Assembly: GCA_963702895.1 (NCBI GenBank)
Contig: OY969767.1
Location: 800,001-864,000 of the forward strand
Length of the DNA: 64,000 bases
Direction: 5' to 3'
Source of the DNA: an uncultured Elusimicrobia bacterium
GTDB taxonomy: Bacteria; Elusimicrobiota; Elusimicrobia; 2-01-FULL-59-12
How positions within the stretch are numbered: position 1 is the first letter of the stretch; each line of letters begins with the position of its first letter. Positions 51,279-62,684 of this stretch are shown piece after piece. The translations under genes and the position numbers were made by a program. Below the pieces are notes generated by a model that saw nothing but the letters and a program-made list of their open reading frames with translations, made no database searches and was not told where the DNA came from.

Positions 51279-52428
51279 CAGAACGCAGGGCCTTTTCCAA
51301 TCGTTTCGGTTGGCTTGCGAAGCTCAGCACGAGATGCCTTCCCGGCATCGCGTAGAAATAGCCAGGGTGGAGGAGGATGTGGTGCTTCTCCAGCACACGG
51401 CAGGCGAGCTCTTCCTCATCCAAACGCATGGCCCGAAGCGGGAGGGTCATAAAAAATCCGCCTTCGGCCGGGCTGGCCTGAAGGAGATGGGCCGCGAGGT
51501 CCCTCCTCTCTTTGAGCTTCTTGAAATAGGAATGCTGAAATCGTCGGCTCTCGCTCAAGAGCGACGGCAGCGCCGCCTGCGCCATCTCGTTCACGGGTAA
51601 AAAGGTATCCGAGAACATCTCGAGTGCCCTGATACTTTTTTTGACCAACGAGGGGTCACCGCTCACAAGAATCCATCCAATCTTAAGCCCTGGCAGTGCC
51701 AGCATCTTGGAGAGACCGTTGAGCGTAAAGACCAGGGGGGCCCGGGTCTTGGCGGGTCGGGGAAGTGGATGCTCGGTATAGACGAAAGGTGAAAACACTT
51801 CATCCGAGATGACCGCCAGATGATGGCGTCCCGCGAGTTCGCCCAAGGCGCGTACTTCCTCATCCGTCGCGACCGCACCGGTTGGGTTGTGGGGGGAAAT
51901 CAGGATCACGGCCCGAGTCCTCGCCGTGATGCTTGCCTCCATTTGATCAAAGTCGATGGCCCACCGGAGACCCTCACGGAGTCGATAGGGCACGAGTTTC
52001 ACCTGCGAGATCTCCGCGATCGCGTCGAAGAGCGGATAGGAGGGAGCTGGCACCAGGATCTCATCGTGAGGATTGGCCAGGACCTTCAAGACGTACCAAT
52101 AGGAGATGCTGGTTCCGGGGGTGAGGAGGAGATGATCTTCCTGCGTTGGGAGTCCCTCCCGTCGATAAAATTGGCTGATCGCTCGTCTCGCTTTGGGATG
52201 GCCCATCGGTTCGGGCTGGTAGGTTCGTGTTTGACGCGTCGCGCGCGCGAGGACTCTGCGAAGAATGGTTTCCGGGAACTGAATTTCATGAGCCGTGACA
52301 TTGCCTGATGTGAGGTCTAAGATGTTCGTCTTCTGCCTTAGAAGTCGCTCACGCAGCGCATACAAGCGGTTCTGGGGCGCATTGAACTGGTGGCTAAGGG
52401 TCGAAAGCTCGATCATGCAGGTGCTCAT
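51235..52428 (-). CDS. PLP-dependent aminotransferase class I/II
   Basis: SPHNPTG, ISDEVF, NGLSKMLALPGLKIGW. Confidence 0.88.
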   Translation of the reverse strand: MSTCMIELSTLSHQFNAPQNRLYALRERLLRQKTNILDLTSGNVTAHEIQFPETILRRVLARATRQTRTYQPEPMGHPKARRAISQFYRREGLPTQEDHLLLTPGTSISYWYVLKVLANPHDEILVPAPSYPLFDAIAEISQVKLVPYRLREGLRWAIDFDQMEASITARTRAVILISPHNPTGAVATDEEVRALGELAGRHHLAVISDEVFSPFVYTEHPLPRPAKTRAPLVFTLNGLSKMLALPGLKIGWILVSGDPSLVKKSIRALEMFSDTFLPVNEMAQAALPSLLSESRRFQHSYFKKLKERRDLAAHLLQASPAEGGFFMTLPLRAMRLDEEELACRVLEKHHILLHPGYFYAMPGRHLVLSFASQPKRLEKALRSVISELKGDRWGWDR

Positions 52429-52638
52429 CGTACTATCTGAGGATGGCCATCTCCAATTCACAACAAGAGTCAAGGGCGGAGACAGCATGGAGCAAACTCA
52501 TCAAGAGGCAGGGACAGCCCCAAGCATGCCTCCGAAATTTGCCGTCTGCTCCTGGGGATGTCTCCATCGCAGGGCGTCTGCGCCGTGCGTCGTTTCCGGG
52601 GTGCCGCTTCCCGCTTAAATAATGTATAAAGTCGCCTG

Positions 52639-53748
52639 ATGTCCGAAAAAACCAACCGTCTCCTTTCCCTCGATGTCTTCCGCGGAATGACCATTGCGGC
52701 GATGATTCTTGTGAACAGTCCCGGTAACGAAACGGCCTATGCGCCGCTCGAGCACGCCGCGTGGCACGGCCTTACGCCCACCGATCTCATCTTTCCTTTT
52801 TTTGTCTTCATCGCGGGGGTCTCTCTCGTTTTCTCCTTGAGGAGGCGGCTCGAACAAGGGGAAAGCCGACAAGCCCTGCTCGTTCAAGTCGTCAAACGCA
52901 CACTCATCCTTTTTGGACTGGGGCTCTTGCTGAACGGTTTTCCACACTACAATCTTGCCGTCATTCGCATTCCAGGTGTTTTGCAGCGGATTGCCATCTG
53001 CTACTTCTTTGGCGCCCTTTTCTATCTTTGGACCAACATCTCTGTGCAGATTGCGGCGGTCTGTGCGCTCTTAGGTGGATACTGGTGGATGCTCACACAC
53101 CTCCAAACCCCCGGTTTTCCAATAGGCGATTTAACGACGGAAGGGAACTTTGCGGCCTACATCGACCGGGCCATCTTTGGCGCCCACCTCTATCGACCCG
53201 TCTATGATCCGGAAGGTTTCTTGAGCACCCTCCCCGCCATCGCGAGCGGCCTCTTAGGCAATCTGGCTGGCTACTGGCTTTCAAGCCCTGGAGCACCCGA
53301 GCGCAAGGTCACAGGGTTCTTACAATCCGGGTTTGTGTTTCTCTTGGCCGGTTGGAAATGGGGCCAATTCTTTCCCTTGAACAAGGCCCTCTGGTCCAGT
53401 TCCTACGTCCTCCTGTCCACGGGCTGGGCGCTCGTCGTCTTTGGGGTCGTCTATGGACTCGTGGAAATCAAGGGTTGGAAGAAGTGGTCCAAGCCTTTTG
53501 AAATCTTGGGCAAAAACGCCGTCGCGCTCTATGTGTTGCACATCTTATTCCTGAAGCTTCAGAACCTTTGGCACATGCCCAGGCTTGACGGGACGCCCGG
53601 CAATCTGCGGCTTTTCCTTTCGGACCATCTCTTTCGTCCGTTCCTGAGCGCTCAGAACGCTTCCCTGGCCTACGCCCTCGGCTATACCCTCCTGTGGCTG
53701 GCCTTCTTCTGGTACTTGTACCGTCGCAAAGTGTTTATTCGCATATAG
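52639..53748 (+). CDS. HGSNAT/NagX-like membrane acyltransferase
   Basis: RLLSLDVFRG, DLIFPFF, GVLQRIA, DPEGFLST, NKALWSSSY. Confidence 0.85.
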   Translation: MSEKTNRLLSLDVFRGMTIAAMILVNSPGNETAYAPLEHAAWHGLTPTDLIFPFFVFIAGVSLVFSLRRRLEQGESRQALLVQVVKRTLILFGLGLLLNGFPHYNLAVIRIPGVLQRIAICYFFGALFYLWTNISVQIAAVCALLGGYWWMLTHLQTPGFPIGDLTTEGNFAAYIDRAIFGAHLYRPVYDPEGFLSTLPAIASGLLGNLAGYWLSSPGAPERKVTGFLQSGFVFLLAGWKWGQFFPLNKALWSSSYVLLSTGWALVVFGVVYGLVEIKGWKKWSKPFEILGKNAVALYVLHILFLKLQNLWHMPRLDGTPGNLRLFLSDHLFRPFLSAQNASLAYALGYTLLWLAFFWYLYRRKVFIRI

Positions 53749-53794
53749 TAAAATACGCTTCCATCAGAAAAGTAAACGCTGAAAGGACCGTGTT

Positions 53795-54946
53795 ATGGTG
53801 TTAAGTCAGGAAGAAATCCTGCGATACAGCCGTCATTTGATGATGCCCGAGGTGGGTGTTGAAGGCCAGGAAAAGCTCAAAAAAGCGAGTGTTTTGATTA
53901 TGGGTTGTGGTGGCCTGGGTTCTCCCTTGTCCATTTATCTGGCGGCGGCAGGGATAGGGCGGCTGGGCTTAGTTGATTCTGACCTGGCCGATTTGACCAA
54001 TCTCCAGCGACAGGTGGCTTTCGGCACAAAGGATGTGGGCCGGCCCAAAGTCGAGGCCACCCAGGACCGCATCGGTTCCATCAACCCGAACGTCCAGGTC
54101 ACCCCCTACCGGACCAAACTCTCGTCTGAGAACGCCCTGGGCATCTTGCAAGAATACGACGTCATCATCGATGGAACCGATAATTTCCCAAGCCGCTACC
54201 TCATCAACGATGCCTGTGTCTTACTCAAGAAACCCAATGTGTATGGGAGTGTGTTTCGCTTTGAGGGTCAGGCGACCATCTTCTGGGGTGAAAAGGGGCC
54301 CTGTTACCGCTGTCTTCATCCGGAACCACCCTCGCCGGGGATGGTGCCATCCTGTGCCGAAGGCGGCGTGCTGGGGATTTTGCCGGGCACGATCGCTCTC
54401 ATTCAGGCGACCGAGGCCATCAAGTTGATCTTGGGCAAAGGCGAACCGCTCATCGGTCGTCTCCTTCTTTACAATGCGTTGGACATGAAGTTTCGAGAAG
54501 TGAAGCTCCAGAAGGACCCGGAATGCCCCGTGTGCGGCAAACATCCGACCGTCACGCATCTCATCGATTACGAGCAGTTTTGCGGTATGGCCCTCGGGCA
54601 GGAACAAGCCCCCGCGCGCGCCCACGGCATCGCTGAGATCACAGCCCGGGAGCTTAAGGTCAAGATGGATCGAAAGGACAAGTTTCTCCTTGTGGATGTC
54701 CGGGAACCGCAGGAGTATCAACTCGCCAAGATCCCCGGCGCCAAGCTCATCCCCCTCGGGGAGGTGGCCCAGCGCGCGCGGGAGCTGGATCGCGCTGATG
54801 AGATTGTGGTCCATTGCCGGTCGGGTGCTCGCAGCGCCCAGGCGATCGAGGAGCTTCAAAACCTTGGTTTTACGCGCTTGAAGAACCTCAAAGGCGGCAT
54901 CCTCGCGTGGTCTCAGGATGTCGATGCTTCGGTGCCTCAGTATTGA
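53795..54946 (+). CDS. moeB: MoeB/ThiF adenylyltransferase-rhodanese fusion (MoeZ-like)
   Basis: RYSRH, GCGGLG, NLQRQ, CYRC, CPVC, HCRSGARS. Confidence 0.9.
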   Translation: MVLSQEEILRYSRHLMMPEVGVEGQEKLKKASVLIMGCGGLGSPLSIYLAAAGIGRLGLVDSDLADLTNLQRQVAFGTKDVGRPKVEATQDRIGSINPNVQVTPYRTKLSSENALGILQEYDVIIDGTDNFPSRYLINDACVLLKKPNVYGSVFRFEGQATIFWGEKGPCYRCLHPEPPSPGMVPSCAEGGVLGILPGTIALIQATEAIKLILGKGEPLIGRLLLYNALDMKFREVKLQKDPECPVCGKHPTVTHLIDYEQFCGMALGQEQAPARAHGIAEITARELKVKMDRKDKFLLVDVREPQEYQLAKIPGAKLIPLGEVAQRARELDRADEIVVHCRSGARSAQAIEELQNLGFTRLKNLKGGILAWSQDVDASVPQY

Positions 54947-54957
54947 TTGGCGAACAT

Positions 54958-55055
54958 CACCCTCTCCCGGCGTAAGGCGGGAGAGGGCAGGGTGAGGGCA
55001 ATGCCTTTCAGGTGCCCTCATCCCGACCTTCTCCCACCGCAGGTGGGAGAAGGAG
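54958..55055. repeat. REP-like composite palindrome, same family as 23759-23870
   Basis: CCCTCTCCC..GGGAGAGGG, GGGTGAGGG..CCCTCATCC, CCTTCTCCC..GGGAGAAGG. Confidence 0.75.
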
Positions 55056-55089
55056 GAACTTCTCATTAAATCGAACGTTTATAGGGCAT

Positions 55090-55713
55090 ATGCCCGCACT
55101 TATGGAACCTCCAGCCTCTAACAAGACAATCTTCGAGCAGCAGGCGCTCAAATATCTCGATGAGCTCTTCGCCTCGGCTGTGCGCATGACCAAAAACAAA
55201 CAGTTGGCCGAAGACCTTTTAAGCGAAACCTACACCAAGGCCTGGAAGGCTTTCGGAAGCTTTGAGCAGGGCACGAACCTCCGGGCCTGGCTCTACAAAA
55301 TTCTGACCAACACGTATATCAATCAATACCGCCACAAACAGCGCTCGCCCTTGATGGTGGAACTCGACAAGCCGCAAAACCCTGACTCAAGCGCGGGCGG
55401 TGATCTCTATGACCGGATCCTCGGGGCAAGCCCCAACCCGTTTGATTACCCCGACCAAGCTCTGGCCAATCGAATCCTGGGCCAGGACCTCAAGAAAGCG
55501 ATTGATGAACTCCCCGATGAGTTTCGGATGGCGGTCATCCTCTCGGATGTCCAGAATTTCTCCTATCAGGAAATCGCTGATATCTTATCGGTCCCGATTG
55601 GCACGGTGCGCTCCCGCCTTTGGCGTGGGCGGAGGCTCCTCCAGAAGGCGCTCTGGAAGCAGGCGGTCGAGTCCGGTCTCGTCAAAGAAAAAGAGGGGGA
55701 GGCTGCTTTATGA
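55090..55713 (+). CDS. ECF sigma factor, SigR/SigH-like
   Basis: AEDLLSETY, GTNLRAWLYKILTNTYIN, FSYQEIA..PIGTVRSRL. Confidence 0.9.
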   Translation: MPALMEPPASNKTIFEQQALKYLDELFASAVRMTKNKQLAEDLLSETYTKAWKAFGSFEQGTNLRAWLYKILTNTYINQYRHKQRSPLMVELDKPQNPDSSAGGDLYDRILGASPNPFDYPDQALANRILGQDLKKAIDELPDEFRMAVILSDVQNFSYQEIADILSVPIGTVRSRLWRGRRLLQKALWKQAVESGLVKEKEGEAAL

Positions 55714-55940
55714 ACTGTGAAGAATGGTTTGAGCGCCTTTACCAGATCTTGGATCGCGATCTCGATGAGTCTCTTTGGCTGGACCTCGAGCGCCATATGA
55801 GAGCGTGTCGCCCGTGCCTGGAGCGCTTTGAGTTTGAAAAGCGGATCCAAGACCATCTCAAGAAATCCTGCTGTGAAGAGACCTGCACGGAATCCATCCG
55901 GGTCCGCATCCGGGCCATCATCGAAGAGTCCCAGGATTAG
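55710..55940 (+). CDS. Zinc-binding anti-sigma factor (zf-HC2, RsrA-like)
   Basis: MNCEE...HMRACRPC (HxxxCxxC); ATGA overlap with the sigma gene; no TM. Confidence 0.88.
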   Translation: MNCEEWFERLYQILDRDLDESLWLDLERHMRACRPCLERFEFEKRIQDHLKKSCCEETCTESIRVRIRAIIEESQD

Positions 55941-55943
55941 CGG

Positions 55944-56777
55944 GTGCTGTTTCTTTACCAATCGCTGCAATTTATTTTCAAGTATGCAATTCCCTCCGCG
56001 GCCCGGTATAAGACCGCCCGGATTTTGGCACGTCTTGTCTATGGCCTGAATTTCTCCCGTCGGCAAGTCCTGGTCCGAAATCTTGAGCCTCTGGTGGGGC
56101 CGACGCGCGCGAAGGTGGTGGCGCCGCAGCTTCTTGCCAACTTCGCCATGACCTCGGTCGATTTCTTTTGCCCGCGCGGGGAGCTTCTTCGAAACCTGCA
56201 GGTCGACCATGCGGAAATTGTCGACACGACCTTAAAGCGGTTCAAGAAGGTCATCTTGGTGACGGCGCATATCGGCAATTGGGAATTGGGGATGAATTAT
56301 TTGTTCAACAAAGGGTACCCGATGACGGGGCTCTACGCGCTCTACCGTGAAGATTCTGTGGTCCGCTGGATTCTCGGACAGCGCGAGAAGAGCGTGCAAT
56401 GGATCCCAGCGAGCCGTGGCGCGGCGCAGGACTGTCTCCAGGCTCTTGAGAACGGTCGGCTCCTCGCGCTTGCGGCCGATATCCCTTTTGGCGAAAAAGG
56501 GAGGCTTGTGCCCCTGGCGAAGGGTTGGACGCGTATGCCTCTAGGCCCTTGGTTTGTGGCCGCTCGCGCTCAGGCCGCTGTCATCCCGGGTTTTATCCTG
56601 CGGCAGCGACCTGGCTTCTACCGCTTGACCTTTTATGATCCGATCCTCCCAGCGTCCGGTCTCTTGCGCAGGGAAGTCCTTCGCATGCAGGACCATTTTC
56701 GAGTTCAGTTTGAACGCGCTCTCCTCATCAATCCTGAACAGTGGGGCGTTCTCCACCCTTATTGGGAAAGAACATGA
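55944..56777 (+). CDS. Lipid A/lysophospholipid acyltransferase family protein
   Basis: TAHIGNWE, LALAAD, PEQW. Confidence 0.8.
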   Translation: MLFLYQSLQFIFKYAIPSAARYKTARILARLVYGLNFSRRQVLVRNLEPLVGPTRAKVVAPQLLANFAMTSVDFFCPRGELLRNLQVDHAEIVDTTLKRFKKVILVTAHIGNWELGMNYLFNKGYPMTGLYALYREDSVVRWILGQREKSVQWIPASRGAAQDCLQALENGRLLALAADIPFGEKGRLVPLAKGWTRMPLGPWFVAARAQAAVIPGFILRQRPGFYRLTFYDPILPASGLLRREVLRMQDHFRVQFERALLINPEQWGVLHPYWERT

Positions 56778-59065
56778 AGAGGGGCCGTCTCTGGCTTTGG
56801 CTTCTGTCTGCTTGTCTGGCGACGGGTCTTTTGCTGGCCGGAATCACCCTCTATTTTCTTCTTCGAGAACGAAACACGCTCTCAAACCTTCTCCGTTCGG
56901 AGTCCGTCCCCGCTTCCACCACCATCTATAGCCGCTTCTTGGACCTCCAGCCTGGGGATCGGCTGAGCCGTGAGCGCGTCACACGATGGCTTGAGATGCT
57001 CGGTTACAAGCGCATCGCAGGGGTTCCTCAAGAACCGGGATCCTTCGCGGCCGATGGGTCTTCCCTCATCATCTTTACACGTTCCTTCGCCTATCCGGAC
57101 AAGGACTACCCCGCGCAACGGATGCGTATGGAGTTTTCGAGCGGAAAGCTGGAGCAGCTGAAGGCCCTCTCTGGCGACGCCAACTTGGCGGCTTGGCGGC
57201 TTGAACCCGGGGTGCTCGCCGAATGGGAGGCTTACGCGAAGTCCCCCAAAATGCGCGTTCGGGTGGCGGAACTCCCGCCGCATGTGCCGCGCGCGGTTCT
57301 CGCCATGGAAGATAAACGCTTTTATCAACATGGCGCCTTTGATCTTTTTGGCATCGCGCGCGCCTTATGGGTGAACCTGCGCCACGCGTCACTCCAGCAG
57401 GGGGCCAGTACCATCACGCAGCAGCTCGCCCGTTCCATCTTTCTGGACGTGCGCCGGACGTGGCGGAGGAAATTCCTCGAGGCCATTCTCGCGGGTTATC
57501 TCGAGATCCGCTATTCCAAGTCGCAGCTCTTGGAGATGTATCTGAATCAGGTGTATTGGGGGCAGGACGGCGCGAAGTCGCTCATCGGAATGGAAGCGGC
57601 CAGCCAGTCGCTCTTCGGCAAACCCGCGCGAAAGATGACCGTGGCTGAAAGTGCGATGTTGGCGGGGATGCTTCAATCCCCGCGCCGCTACTCTGCGCGG
57701 CATTCGCCCGCTCTCTCGGAAGAGCGCAAACGACTCGTGCTCGGCCTCATGCGGGACCAGGAATTTATTTCTGAAGAGCAGTACAGAACAGCGCTGTATG
57801 AAAAAATCTTCCTCGCACCTCAGAAAGAGGCCAGTTCTTCTTCGTATTTTCTCGCCCGGCTGCGGGCCGACCTTTCCGAGCACTATGAAATGACCGCCCT
57901 CTTAAACCAGGGCTGGCGCATTTTCACGACGCTGGATCCCCTGCTGCAGAAGGAGGCGGTCGCGGCGGTCCCCTCACGCCCCCCTCTGCCCAAGGCGGAG
58001 GGTGTGGCCCGAAGGATGGCGAGTGAGGGTCCGCAAACGGGCTTGGTGGCCCTTGATCCACGCTCGGGCGCGGTACGTGCGTGGGTGGGAGGGACCCATT
58101 TTCTGACCCATCCGTTCGACCATGTTTCCGAGGCAAAACGCCAGCCGGGCTCCGCGTTTAAACCCTTTGTGGCGCTGGCTGCGCTTGATAGCCAAGAGGT
58201 CACTTGCGCGACGCTCCTCGAAGACTTGCCGCTGACGCTCAAGGGCCAGACAGGTCCCTGGAGTCCGAAGAATTACGACCGACAATATCGCGGGGAAGTT
58301 TCACTTTGGGAGAGCCTCGTCCATTCCATGAATGTTCCCATGGTGCGTCTGGCCATGCGCGTCGGGATTGGGAGCGTCATCGAAGTGGCAAGCCGCGCCG
58401 GGATCACGAGTCCCTTGCGTGAGGATCTCTCGCTTGCCCTGGGATCTTCTGAGGTTTCGCTCCTGGAGCTGACGAGTGCCTACGGTGTGTTCTCCAGCGG
58501 TGGCAAACGGATCGTTCCTTACAGTGTGGAGTCGATCGTCACACGGGAGGCTCGACTCATCGAGGCCCATCGTGACATGACAGCGCCGGCCTTTCGTCCG
58601 CAGGTGGTTTATCTCGTGACGTGGATGCTCTCTGCTGTCCTCGAAGAGGGGACAGGTCGCGCCTCCCGGACGATGGGATTTGCGCTGCCGGCGGCGGGCA
58701 AAACCGGAACATCGGAAAATTACCACGACGCGTGGTTGATTGGCTACACGAGCGTCCTTTTGAGCGGCGTCTGGGTCGGACATGACTTGCCCAAGCCTTT
58801 AGGAAGATCCTCCGCCAGCATCGCGCTGCCGATCTGGGTTGAGTTTATGAAAAGGGCATCGGTCTTGGACGCGCCGGAAGCTTTCTCGGAGCCAGAAGGT
58901 CTCGTGTGGAAAACAATTGACCCCCTCTCGGGCCTGCTCAGGCGCACCGGATGTTTAAAGAGGCGAAAAATGTTATTTCTGCGGGGGACGGAACCCACCC
59001 AGGATTGTCCGGCGCATGCCGGCGGGATCAAGGGGTTCTTTGATCGTTGGCGGGCGAAAACGTGA
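56774..59065 (+). CDS. Class A penicillin-binding protein (PBP1B-like)
   Basis: EDKRFY.H, GASTITQQL, YLN.VYWG; QPGSAFKP, SMN, KTGTS. Confidence 0.92.
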   Translation: MKRGRLWLWLLSACLATGLLLAGITLYFLLRERNTLSNLLRSESVPASTTIYSRFLDLQPGDRLSRERVTRWLEMLGYKRIAGVPQEPGSFAADGSSLIIFTRSFAYPDKDYPAQRMRMEFSSGKLEQLKALSGDANLAAWRLEPGVLAEWEAYAKSPKMRVRVAELPPHVPRAVLAMEDKRFYQHGAFDLFGIARALWVNLRHASLQQGASTITQQLARSIFLDVRRTWRRKFLEAILAGYLEIRYSKSQLLEMYLNQVYWGQDGAKSLIGMEAASQSLFGKPARKMTVAESAMLAGMLQSPRRYSARHSPALSEERKRLVLGLMRDQEFISEEQYRTALYEKIFLAPQKEASSSSYFLARLRADLSEHYEMTALLNQGWRIFTTLDPLLQKEAVAAVPSRPPLPKAEGVARRMASEGPQTGLVALDPRSGAVRAWVGGTHFLTHPFDHVSEAKRQPGSAFKPFVALAALDSQEVTCATLLEDLPLTLKGQTGPWSPKNYDRQYRGEVSLWESLVHSMNVPMVRLAMRVGIGSVIEVASRAGITSPLREDLSLALGSSEVSLLELTSAYGVFSSGGKRIVPYSVESIVTREARLIEAHRDMTAPAFRPQVVYLVTWMLSAVLEEGTGRASRTMGFALPAAGKTGTSENYHDAWLIGYTSVLLSGVWVGHDLPKPLGRSSASIALPIWVEFMKRASVLDAPEAFSEPEGLVWKTIDPLSGLLRRTGCLKRRKMLFLRGTEPTQDCPAHAGGIKGFFDRWRAKT

Positions 59066-60179
59066 AAGGTTCATCAAGGTAAAGGGCCGCTTCCCGATGC
59101 AGGCCCCAGAGATCCGGGCCGGTCATGGCACGACGGTATTCGACCAGCGCTTTCTCACGCTCTGCTTTCAAATCATAGATCTGCCCCAGGCGCAGCCTCG
59201 CAAAACTCACCCAGCGGCTCTTGGCATCTGTTTCCGCGATGATCTTTCGCATCTGTTTCTCCGCGTCCTCCAGGTCATGCTTCCCAAAGAATTCCGCGAC
59301 CCCCAGGCCATAGCGAGCGGGGGAAGTATAGTGCTTCGTAAACCACGGGATTTCGCTCTCTGCGTTTTTCAGGAAACGCTCCGCTTCCGGGATCATCTTC
59401 TCCCAGGCCTTCATGGTGTAGAGAACGCTGACCTTGATGAGGTGCATGACGGGGCTTTTCGGAAATTCCTTGTGAAGCGCTTCGGCAATGGTCAGGGCCT
59501 TTTCAGGAGTGTTTTCTTCGCTGGTATAAATTTCAATTAAAAAACACATGGCTTCCACCCTGGCATGTTCACCTTTTTCGATAGCGAGCTGGAGTTCCGA
59601 GAGGCCGCGCTCTTTGTCGCCGCCAATGAGCATGGCGGCCAGGACCGCCTGAATGCCGGAAAGCGTATCGGTGTAATAGTCATAGATGCCTAACCCCAGG
59701 TAAGCGTCGTAAAGTTCGGGGTCGAGCTTGATCGCTTGCTTGAGCATTTTGTGGCCGCGCTTGCCAGCGAAGTAGGCGCTGACCCATTCTTCTTGGATCA
59801 CCAGCCACCGTCCCCAGAGACCTTCGGCGCCACCCCAATAGAGAGAGGCTTTCGCCTGCACCCGTGGATCCGAGGAAGAGTCGTAGAGCTTCTTCGCCAC
59901 GGCGATCGTGCGCTGAGCATTCTCTTCGAGTCTGGTTTTGATCTCCGGAAGGTCGTATTCGATTTCCTGGGCCAGATGCCACCAATCCGTTGCGGTCAGG
60001 TAAAAATACCCGGCGGGATCGTCAGGGTTGGCGCGAACATAAGCATCAAAACTTTCGCGGGCTTTCTCGTACTGTGCGTGGTAGAGCCACTCCAGGCCTT
60101 GCTGGATGGTCCCTTCGGCGTGCAAAGGCGCCCCCGCCAAGGTCAAAACTCCAATACCAGTAAAGATCAAACGCTTCAT
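59028..60179 (-). CDS. Secreted TPR-like helical protein
   Basis: Signal peptide; AIKLDPELYDAYLGLGIYDYY TPR-like segments. Confidence 0.7.
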   Translation of the reverse strand: MKRLIFTGIGVLTLAGAPLHAEGTIQQGLEWLYHAQYEKARESFDAYVRANPDDPAGYFYLTATDWWHLAQEIEYDLPEIKTRLEENAQRTIAVAKKLYDSSSDPRVQAKASLYWGGAEGLWGRWLVIQEEWVSAYFAGKRGHKMLKQAIKLDPELYDAYLGLGIYDYYTDTLSGIQAVLAAMLIGGDKERGLSELQLAIEKGEHARVEAMCFLIEIYTSEENTPEKALTIAEALHKEFPKSPVMHLIKVSVLYTMKAWEKMIPEAERFLKNAESEIPWFTKHYTSPARYGLGVAEFFGKHDLEDAEKQMRKIIAETDAKSRWVSFARLRLGQIYDLKAEREKALVEYRRAMTGPDLWGLHREAALYLDEPFTFSPANDQRTP

Positions 60180-60309
60180 GGAGACCAGAAGATAACAAGA
60201 GAAGCTTCGTGATGCAAGGTCACGGTGTCCTCAGGTCGTCGATCACAGGTCCTCCAATGTGATTTTTCGATTGGGGATGCCGTAGGCAAAGCGAGACTCG
60301 CTTGGCGCG

Positions 60310-61470
60310 CTATTCGTTATTCAGGTTGACGAGGAATTTTTCGATCTCAGCGGAGTCCCACTCGGCGGAACCCGCATGGCGCAGGGCAACGGCCCCCGTT
60401 TTCGATACGATAAAGGTCGTGGGTAGGCCTCCGACGCGATAAACGCTGGAAGGCTTTGGTGCGCCGATGTAGAGGGGAAGATCCAGCCCACTTTTCGCGA
60501 CGTAGGATTGAATAGGCGCCGCGTTTTCATTTGAAATGCATGCGAAGAGGATGGACGTGTTCTTCATTCGAGCATAGAGACGGGCAATGCTCGGCATTTC
60601 GGCTTTGCAGGGTCCGCACCAGGTCGCCCAGAAATTCAAAAAAAGGACACGGCCTTTATAATCTTGCAGAGAAACCGTGTTTCCGGTGAGTGAACGCAGA
60701 TCAAGATTGTAGGCATCGGGGGAAGCGGCCTCCGGCGCCGAAGGCTTCGCTCGGGGAGGGACGGAGGAAGGGGGAATGCGAACCGTCTCCACGATCGAAC
60801 CGGGTTGGTAAAATCGAAGATCCGGTGCGTTGCTCGAAAAGGCGGCGTCGCCGTGAAGCGCGGCCAGGCGGTGATTGAACTCGGCAAAGGCGGCTTCCCC
60901 GGTGGCGCAATTGGCGGCGCGCAGGAGGGGCGTCGCTTCCTCCGCTTCCTTCCGAATCCTCTCGATGTGCTGTTTGTGTTGATCTGCGAGCGCGCGGATT
61001 TGATAGGACCACCATTGCTTGGCCTCATCGGTCGCCTGCGACATGGCCTGCCATCGCGGCATCAGAATTGTAATATCGGCTTGAATGGACGACTGAGAGA
61101 AACCGCAGGCCTTGTCGGTGGGGCCGCCTTTATAGAGCATCATTTGATAAGACGTGACCGCTGGCGCACCCTGGCGCTGGGTTCCGAAGGTGTCTAAGCT
61201 TGCCGCGAGCTCTTCGGGTGTATTTCCGTAAATGTCGTAGTATTCAACCATCGCGCCGGTGATCAGGGTTTGGGCTGATACGGGTTCTGGCACGAGCTCA
61301 CGGGTCCAGGGCGAAGCCATGGTATCGACTTCGGAGTCTTGGGTTGTTGTGCGAAGCGCTTGCCCAGGGGCTTGCCTGGGGCTTTTCCGGTGATGGTGGG
61401 CGAAGGCGACCAGCACGAGGATTCCCGTGAACACCAAAAGCCCCAAGTTTCTCAAGAGCTTATAGGGCAC
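60310..61470 (-). CDS. Membrane-anchored DUF922-like plus TlpA thioredoxin fusion
   Basis: YYDIYGNTPEEL, ITILMPRW; C-terminal LNFWATWCGPC, GLPTTFIV. Confidence 0.7.
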   Translation of the reverse strand: MPYKLLRNLGLLVFTGILVLVAFAHHHRKSPRQAPGQALRTTTQDSEVDTMASPWTRELVPEPVSAQTLITGAMVEYYDIYGNTPEELAASLDTFGTQRQGAPAVTSYQMMLYKGGPTDKACGFSQSSIQADITILMPRWQAMSQATDEAKQWWSYQIRALADQHKQHIERIRKEAEEATPLLRAANCATGEAAFAEFNHRLAALHGDAAFSSNAPDLRFYQPGSIVETVRIPPSSVPPRAKPSAPEAASPDAYNLDLRSLTGNTVSLQDYKGRVLFLNFWATWCGPCKAEMPSIARLYARMKNTSILFACISNENAAPIQSYVAKSGLDLPLYIGAPKPSSVYRVGGLPTTFIVSKTGAVALRHAGSAEWDSAEIEKFLVNLNNE

Positions 61471-61619
61471 GATTCGTCATTCTTTCATCTTTTTCCATAA
61501 GGGGCAAATCAGCCTTCCCTGATCTGGTGTTGACCACGTCGGGAGAACTTGGGATAATACGGCCTATTCGTTAACGCCTAGGGCGTTTTTTTTATTTCTA
61601 TTTTCTCCGAGGGAATTTC

Positions 61620-62683
<1,064 letters not shown>

Positions 62684-62684
<1 letters not shown>

